Position numbers and translations under genes: made by a program | NCBI GenBank assembly: GCA_012514745.1 | Contig: JAAYZR010000015.1 | Span: 7,479-71,478 of the forward strand | Direction of reading: 5' to 3' | Origin: Candidatus Undivivens industriae | Lineage (GTDB): Bacteria > Omnitrophota > Gorgyraeia > Gygaellales > Profunditerraquicolaceae | Length of the DNA stretch: 64,000 nt | Shown here: piece by piece, positions 59,304 to 64,000 of the stretch | How the letters are laid out: each line of letters begins with the position of its first letter | How positions within the stretch are numbered: position 1 is the first letter of the stretch | Notes under the pieces: generated by a model | What the model saw: only the letters and a program-made list of their open reading frames with translations | Databases searched by the model: none | What the model was told of the DNA's origin: nothing

Positions 59304-59369
59304 AATTCCGGGGACACAATACTTAATTATTGTTGTCGCCTTACAATTAAGTATTGTGTCCCCGGAATT
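59304..59369. repeat. REP-A inverted doublet between divergent era and mutS
   Basis: Arms flank the spacer ATTGTTGTCGCCTTAC. Confidence 0.95.
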
Positions 59370-59389
59370 ACAGGTATAAAATGTGGACT

Positions 59390-61978
59390 ATGGAAAATTT
59401 GACCCCTATGCTTAAGCAATACCGGGAAATCAAGGCAAAATATCCCGATTGCATTCTTTTTTTTCGCCTTGGCGATTTCTATGAGATGTTCATGGAAGAC
59501 GCCAAAACCGCCAGCCCTATACTGGAGGTAGTCCTCACTTCCCGAGACGCCGGCAAGGCGGGCAGGATGCCGATGTGCGGGGTCCCTTATCATGCCGGGG
59601 ACAATTACGTGGCAAAATTGGTTAAAGCAGGTTTCAAAGTCGCTATATGCGAGCAGGTTGAGGACCCGGCACTCGCCAAGGGACTGGTGAAGCGCGAGGT
59701 GATCCGGGTAATTACAGCAGGCACTTTCATAGATGAAACCAGCAACGACCAGCGTTTCACCTGTTGTATATATCCTGGCACAGACGGTGTAGGCCTGGCT
59801 TTTTCTGAAGCGTCTTCAGGGGTGATCCAACTGGCGCGTTTTACCGGTAATGAAGCCGCGGTGACGGTAATGGCGAAACTACCTCTCTTGGAATGCCTTT
59901 TCCCTCAGCAGGATGAACAGCAGGTAAAAGAATTATTAGAGCACCCGCTATTGAAAAATAAAGGGCTCTCCCTCAGCCCTTATGAAAACTGGAATTTTAA
60001 CCCGGAGATCGCGGAAAAGAATTTAACCGAGCATTTCGGGACAAACAGCCTGAAAGGTTTCGGCATAGAGGAGATCTCCGCGGCGGTATCCGCGGCAGGA
60101 GCGCTTCTGGAGTATTTGAAAAGCGTGCACCGTTCTTCTTTGAAGCACATCGACCGCCTTGCGCTGTATTCCGAAACCGGCAGTGTATTCATCTCTCCCG
60201 CCGCCTGTTACGGTCTGGAACTGGAAGAGCTTTTCCAGACGCTCGACCGAACCGTCACTCCGCTCGGCAGGCGCATGTTTAAAGAGTGGCTCTACCGGCC
60301 ATTGAGCGATCTGGAAGAGATCAAAAAACGCCAGCAGGCGGTGAGCATCCTGAAGAACGATCCTATGCTGAGAGATAACCTGGGCAAGACGCTCAAGAAC
60401 ACTCCCGATATAGAAAAAAACCTTTCCCGGCTTAGCTGCGGTTCAGGAGGAGCTAAAGACCTACTGGCCCTGCGCAACGCGCTTAACCGCGTGCCGACAC
60501 TGCAATCGTTGCTCTCCGAAGCAGGCAAGGACACTGAATTACTCCGGCTCAAAGACGCCGCGCGCATAAGAGAACTGCTTGAACAAACCATCAACCCGGA
60601 GATGCCGCTTTCGCTCTCCGAGGGAAAAGTCATACGCCCGGGATACCACAGAGAGCTGGACGAATTGCGCGATCTGCAGGAAAACGGCAGACAATGGCTG
60701 CAGTCCTACCAGGCGCAGCAAGCCAAAGAAACCGGGATAAATTCCCTGAAGATAGGATTCAACAATGTGTTCGGTTATTATATCGAAGTCACGCGCGCTA
60801 ATCTGAAGAATACCCCGCCCCATTTCACGCGAAAACAGACCCTTGCCAACGCCGAGCGTTTTGTCACCGGAGAATTAAAGGAATTCGAGGAAAAGATCCT
60901 GACTGCTCAAGGAAAGATCGCGGCGATAGAACGCGAAATAGTCAACGGGCTCTGCTCCCAGGTATTGAAAGACGCGACTGCCCTGCATGAAACGGCCTCC
61001 GGCATCGCGTCTCTCGACGCCTTGTATTCGATGTCCGCTATCGCATCCCTTCCGGGATATATCATCCCGGAGGTGAACTCCGGCGAAGAGATTCACATTA
61101 AAGACGGACGCCACCCGGTAGTGGAAAAACTCACCGGCAACGCCTTTATTCCCAACGACACACTGCTCGACCGCAACGAGAACCAGCTTATAATACTCAC
61201 CGGTCCAAATATGGCCGGTAAATCCACTTATATAAGGCAGACCGCCTTGCTGGTTATTATGGCGCAGATGGGAGGAACGGTGCCGGCGGCAGAGGCGCGC
61301 ATCGGCATGGTAGATAAGATATTCACCCGCATCGGAGCGCACGATGAGATCAGCAAAGGACAGAGCACATTCATGGTGGAGATGACCGAGGCCGCCGGGA
61401 TATTGAACAATCTTTCCGAGCGCAGTCTGGTAGTTCTCGACGAAATCGGACGCGGCACAAGCACCTACGACGGGCTCAGCCTCGCCTGGGCAGTGGCGGA
61501 ATTCCTGCAGCAACGAAAAGTCAGGACGCTTTTCGCCACGCATTTCCACGAACTCACCGCGCTGGCCGAGGAATACCCTGGTGTGAAAAATTATAACGTC
61601 TCGGTAAAAGAATGGGACGACCGCATCATATTCCTGCACAAGATAATACCCGGCGGCAGCGACCAAAGCTACGGCATCTACGTGGCAAAGCTCGCCGGCA
61701 TCCCGAAGGAAGCAGTTTCCCGCGCCGGGGCGATACTGGCGAAGCTCGAGCTGCACGGCAGCCTGCAGGAAACCATCCGCCACGGCGGCAAGTCAACCGA
61801 ACGACAAATGGCGATATTCGAAAAGGAAAACAAAGAAGCACGGCGTTACGAGGAAATAGGCAGGGCGCTTGAAGAAACCGACATAGACTCCCTAACGCCC
61901 CTGGAAGCGCTGAACAAACTTCAACAGCTAAAAAGGATAGCGGAGAAAAATGGCAAAAGTTCACCAGTTACCTCCTGA
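59390..61978 (+). CDS. mutS: DNA mismatch repair protein MutS
   Basis: TPMLKQY, GDFYEMF, GPNMAGKSTY, STFMVEM, DEIGRGT and SYGIYVA motifs. Confidence 0.97.
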   Translation: MENLTPMLKQYREIKAKYPDCILFFRLGDFYEMFMEDAKTASPILEVVLTSRDAGKAGRMPMCGVPYHAGDNYVAKLVKAGFKVAICEQVEDPALAKGLVKREVIRVITAGTFIDETSNDQRFTCCIYPGTDGVGLAFSEASSGVIQLARFTGNEAAVTVMAKLPLLECLFPQQDEQQVKELLEHPLLKNKGLSLSPYENWNFNPEIAEKNLTEHFGTNSLKGFGIEEISAAVSAAGALLEYLKSVHRSSLKHIDRLALYSETGSVFISPAACYGLELEELFQTLDRTVTPLGRRMFKEWLYRPLSDLEEIKKRQQAVSILKNDPMLRDNLGKTLKNTPDIEKNLSRLSCGSGGAKDLLALRNALNRVPTLQSLLSEAGKDTELLRLKDAARIRELLEQTINPEMPLSLSEGKVIRPGYHRELDELRDLQENGRQWLQSYQAQQAKETGINSLKIGFNNVFGYYIEVTRANLKNTPPHFTRKQTLANAERFVTGELKEFEEKILTAQGKIAAIEREIVNGLCSQVLKDATALHETASGIASLDALYSMSAIASLPGYIIPEVNSGEEIHIKDGRHPVVEKLTGNAFIPNDTLLDRNENQLIILTGPNMAGKSTYIRQTALLVIMAQMGGTVPAAEARIGMVDKIFTRIGAHDEISKGQSTFMVEMTEAAGILNNLSERSLVVLDEIGRGTSTYDGLSLAWAVAEFLQQRKVRTLFATHFHELTALAEEYPGVKNYNVSVKEWDDRIIFLHKIIPGGSDQSYGIYVAKLAGIPKEAVSRAGAILAKLELHGSLQETIRHGGKSTERQMAIFEKENKEARRYEEIGRALEETDIDSLTPLEALNKLQQLKRIAEKNGKSSPVTS

Positions 61979-63779
61979 AGTAATCAGTAAAATAGCGGCC
62001 GGGGAAGTCATTGAACGCCCGGCTTCCGTGGTCAAGGAATTAATGGAGAATTCAGTGGATGCCGGCGCCGAGCGCGTCGAAGTCGAGATCAAATCCGCCG
62101 GAAAGGAACTGATCTCCGTGCGCGACGACGGATGCGGCATAGGGCCGGAAGACATGGACAACGTCTTCCAGCGGCACTCCACCAGCAAGATAGCCAAGGC
62201 CGAGGATATCTATATGGTCGGGTCTCTGGGATTCAGGGGAGAGGCCCTCTACAGCATCGCCTCGGTCTCGGACGTGCTCCTGCAAAGCCGGACAAGAGAC
62301 AACGACGCCGGATGGGAGATACACCTGCGCGGAAACAAACGCCTCAAATCGGCGCCTGCCGGGGTCTCCTACGGAACGACACTCGAAATAAGAGAGCTTT
62401 TTTTCAACACCCCGGCACGGCGCAAGTTCTTGAAGAGCGATACCACGGAAACTAACGAAATAATCGACGTTTTTATGCCTTACGCGCTGCTCTACCCCGG
62501 CAAGGAATTCAAGCTCGTATCCAACGGGAAGGTACTGCTGGAGCTCGAGAAACACGACAGCCACAGGCAAAGGATGGCGGCGGCCCTGAACCTCGAGTCT
62601 AAGAACCTCATCGAGACGGAAAAAATCTTCCCGCAGGAACGCTTGAACATACACCTTGTGCTGGGCAATATAAATCTTCAACGGAAACGGCGCGATATGC
62701 AGTTTATTTTTGTCAACGGCAGGCCGGTATCTTCGAAAGATATCTCCTTCCACGTCAACCAGGCTTATCGCCTGCTTATGCCGGACGGAGTTAACCCTAT
62801 TTTTTCAGTCCATCTGCGCCTGCCGCAGGAGAATATCGACGTTAACGTGCACCCCGCCAAACGCGAGATCAGGATCAAGGACGAACGCAACATCTTTCTG
62901 CTGCTAAGAAACTGCTGTGAGCATGCACTGATGAACATCTCGCCTGCCAGACAATTCGGACAGCAGATATCCAGTTTCCATTTCAACGGCGAACCGCCGC
63001 ATTCCCCCGGAGTAAACACTCCTCATCCGAGAGCGTCAGGAGAAAAAGAGGACAGGACCGCGGAAAGCGGGAAACCCTACCGGGTGCGGAGCGAATTCCC
63101 GTTCCCTTCCGGGGGACGTCCGCCGGCGATGGAACGCCAGAACGTGTTTTCGCAGGAGGAAAGCGCCATGCTCCTGCGCAAAGAAGAGATCGCTGCGGAG
63201 AAAAACGAAGACCTCAAGTCCACGCTCAAAAGCGCGCGCTTTATCGGTTCGCTGAAAAAGAAATATCTGTTATTCGAATCTACGGCCTCTCTCTTGCTGA
63301 TAGACCAGCACGCCGCGCAAGAAAGGATCACCTATGAAAAGCTTTCCCGTCAGATGGCAACCGGAAAAGTAGAAATACAGAACCTGCTGGCTCCGCTGAC
63401 GATACGACTCAACAAAAAAGAGATACTGGCCTGGGAGATATTGAAAGAAAAACTGGAGAAAATCGGTTTCTCAACCACGCTTTTCGACAAGGAGACCGTG
63501 GCGGTCCATTCGCATCCGGCGCTGCTCGCGCAACCCGAAGCGGCTGTGCGCGACATACTCTGCGATGAAGAATCAAAGATTTACGATACCGATATGCTGG
63601 CAAGAAGGGCATGCAGACAATCGCTTATGACGGGATACGATATGAAGGCCCAAGAAGCGGAGTATCTGGCAGAGGAACTGCTCAAATGCGCCGACCCGTT
63701 CACCTGCCCGCACGGCAGGCCTACGGTAGTGGAGATAACGATGCTTTCGCTGGATAAGAATTTCTTCCGAAGGCTGTAG
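61950..63779 (+). CDS. mutL: DNA mismatch repair endonuclease MutL
   Basis: KIAAGEVIERP, GFRGEAL, DQHAAQERI.YE, ACR and CPHGRP motifs. Confidence 0.97.
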   Translation: MAKVHQLPPEVISKIAAGEVIERPASVVKELMENSVDAGAERVEVEIKSAGKELISVRDDGCGIGPEDMDNVFQRHSTSKIAKAEDIYMVGSLGFRGEALYSIASVSDVLLQSRTRDNDAGWEIHLRGNKRLKSAPAGVSYGTTLEIRELFFNTPARRKFLKSDTTETNEIIDVFMPYALLYPGKEFKLVSNGKVLLELEKHDSHRQRMAAALNLESKNLIETEKIFPQERLNIHLVLGNINLQRKRRDMQFIFVNGRPVSSKDISFHVNQAYRLLMPDGVNPIFSVHLRLPQENIDVNVHPAKREIRIKDERNIFLLLRNCCEHALMNISPARQFGQQISSFHFNGEPPHSPGVNTPHPRASGEKEDRTAESGKPYRVRSEFPFPSGGRPPAMERQNVFSQEESAMLLRKEEIAAEKNEDLKSTLKSARFIGSLKKKYLLFESTASLLLIDQHAAQERITYEKLSRQMATGKVEIQNLLAPLTIRLNKKEILAWEILKEKLEKIGFSTTLFDKETVAVHSHPALLAQPEAAVRDILCDEESKIYDTDMLARRACRQSLMTGYDMKAQEAEYLAEELLKCADPFTCPHGRPTVVEITMLSLDKNFFRRL

Positions 63780-63811
63780 TGCGCTGTTAAATAAGCTCTT
63801 TAGACAGCGCA
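63776..63811 (+). repeat. REP-B GTAG hairpin at the mutL stop
   Basis: GTAG-TGCGCTGTT-AAATAAGCTCTTTA-GACAGCGCA; the TAG is the mutL stop codon. Confidence 0.85.
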
Positions 63812-63885
63812 TTCCCCTCCTTCATCATCCCCATCGAGGAAAAGGAAGATTAGTTGAACTCTGTTGGTTCCCGTAACCGTTGCCG

Positions 63886-63908
63886 AATTAAGTATTGTGT
63901 CCCCGGAA
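63886..63908 (-). repeat. REP-A single copy
   Basis: AATTAAGTATTGTGTCCCCGGAA. Confidence 0.9.
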
Positions 63909-63921
63909 CCCGGAACCCGGC

Positions 63922-64000
63922 CTATCCGCACAATTCCTGCGACAGGTTCTCCACCTTGTAAGTGGGGCGTTTATAAATGGAACTCCCCGCTATCTTTAGC
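63922..64000 (-). CDS. Possible 3' end of a gene entering from the right edge
   Basis: Open frame ...LKIAGSSIYKRPTYKVENLSQELCG* ends just before the REP-A copy; too short to identify. Confidence 0.3.
   Translation of the reverse strand, partial: LKIAGSSIYKRPTYKVENLSQELCG

Overview
A gene-dense chromosomal window from a Gram-negative, probably anaerobic bacterium. Gene order, the lpxC-fabZ fusion and the Zn-ribbon SpoVG suggest a PVC-related lineage such as Ca. Omnitrophota, but that is inference. Almost all genes lie on the minus strand: the dcw cluster (mraZ to ftsW), the xerD/cca/rbfA/nrnA/ribF region, ligA, bamA-skp-lpx, the tkt-ispE-spoVG-tRNA-Gln-glmU-prs-rplY-pth-rpsF-ssb-rpsR-rplI-dnaB cluster, hisG, a 4-subunit pyruvate:ferredoxin oxidoreductase operon with a Dps-like ferritin and ferredoxin, galE-ugd, a carotenoid cluster and era. 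Only a RAYT-type Y1 (HUH) transposase, a small membrane ORF plus surA/ppiD-like gene, and mutS-mutL are on the plus strand. The unusual signal is in the non-coding DNA. (1) The RAYT gene is bracketed by a 25-bp repeat that is not itself palindromic (AATTCCGGGGACACAATACTTAATT) and that recurs across the window, mostly as inverted doublets. (2) A separate GTAG-tagged hairpin family supplies or abuts the stop codons of mraY, xerD, bamA and mutL. (3) GTAG-tagged mini-hairpins are expanded in frame inside murF. (4) A non-autonomous IS200/IS605-like element occurs both as a 52-bp minimal form and as a 321-bp form carrying a hairpin array. (5) A 46-bp covarying hairpin array is fused to the 5' end of the tRNA-Arg next to the RAYT. 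Other points of interest are a STAS-PilZ fusion lacking the phosphorylatable Ser, two candidate structured RNAs, and a 33-aa bS22/AURKAIP1-like ORF missed by the ORF track. All calls were made by eye; no searches were run.
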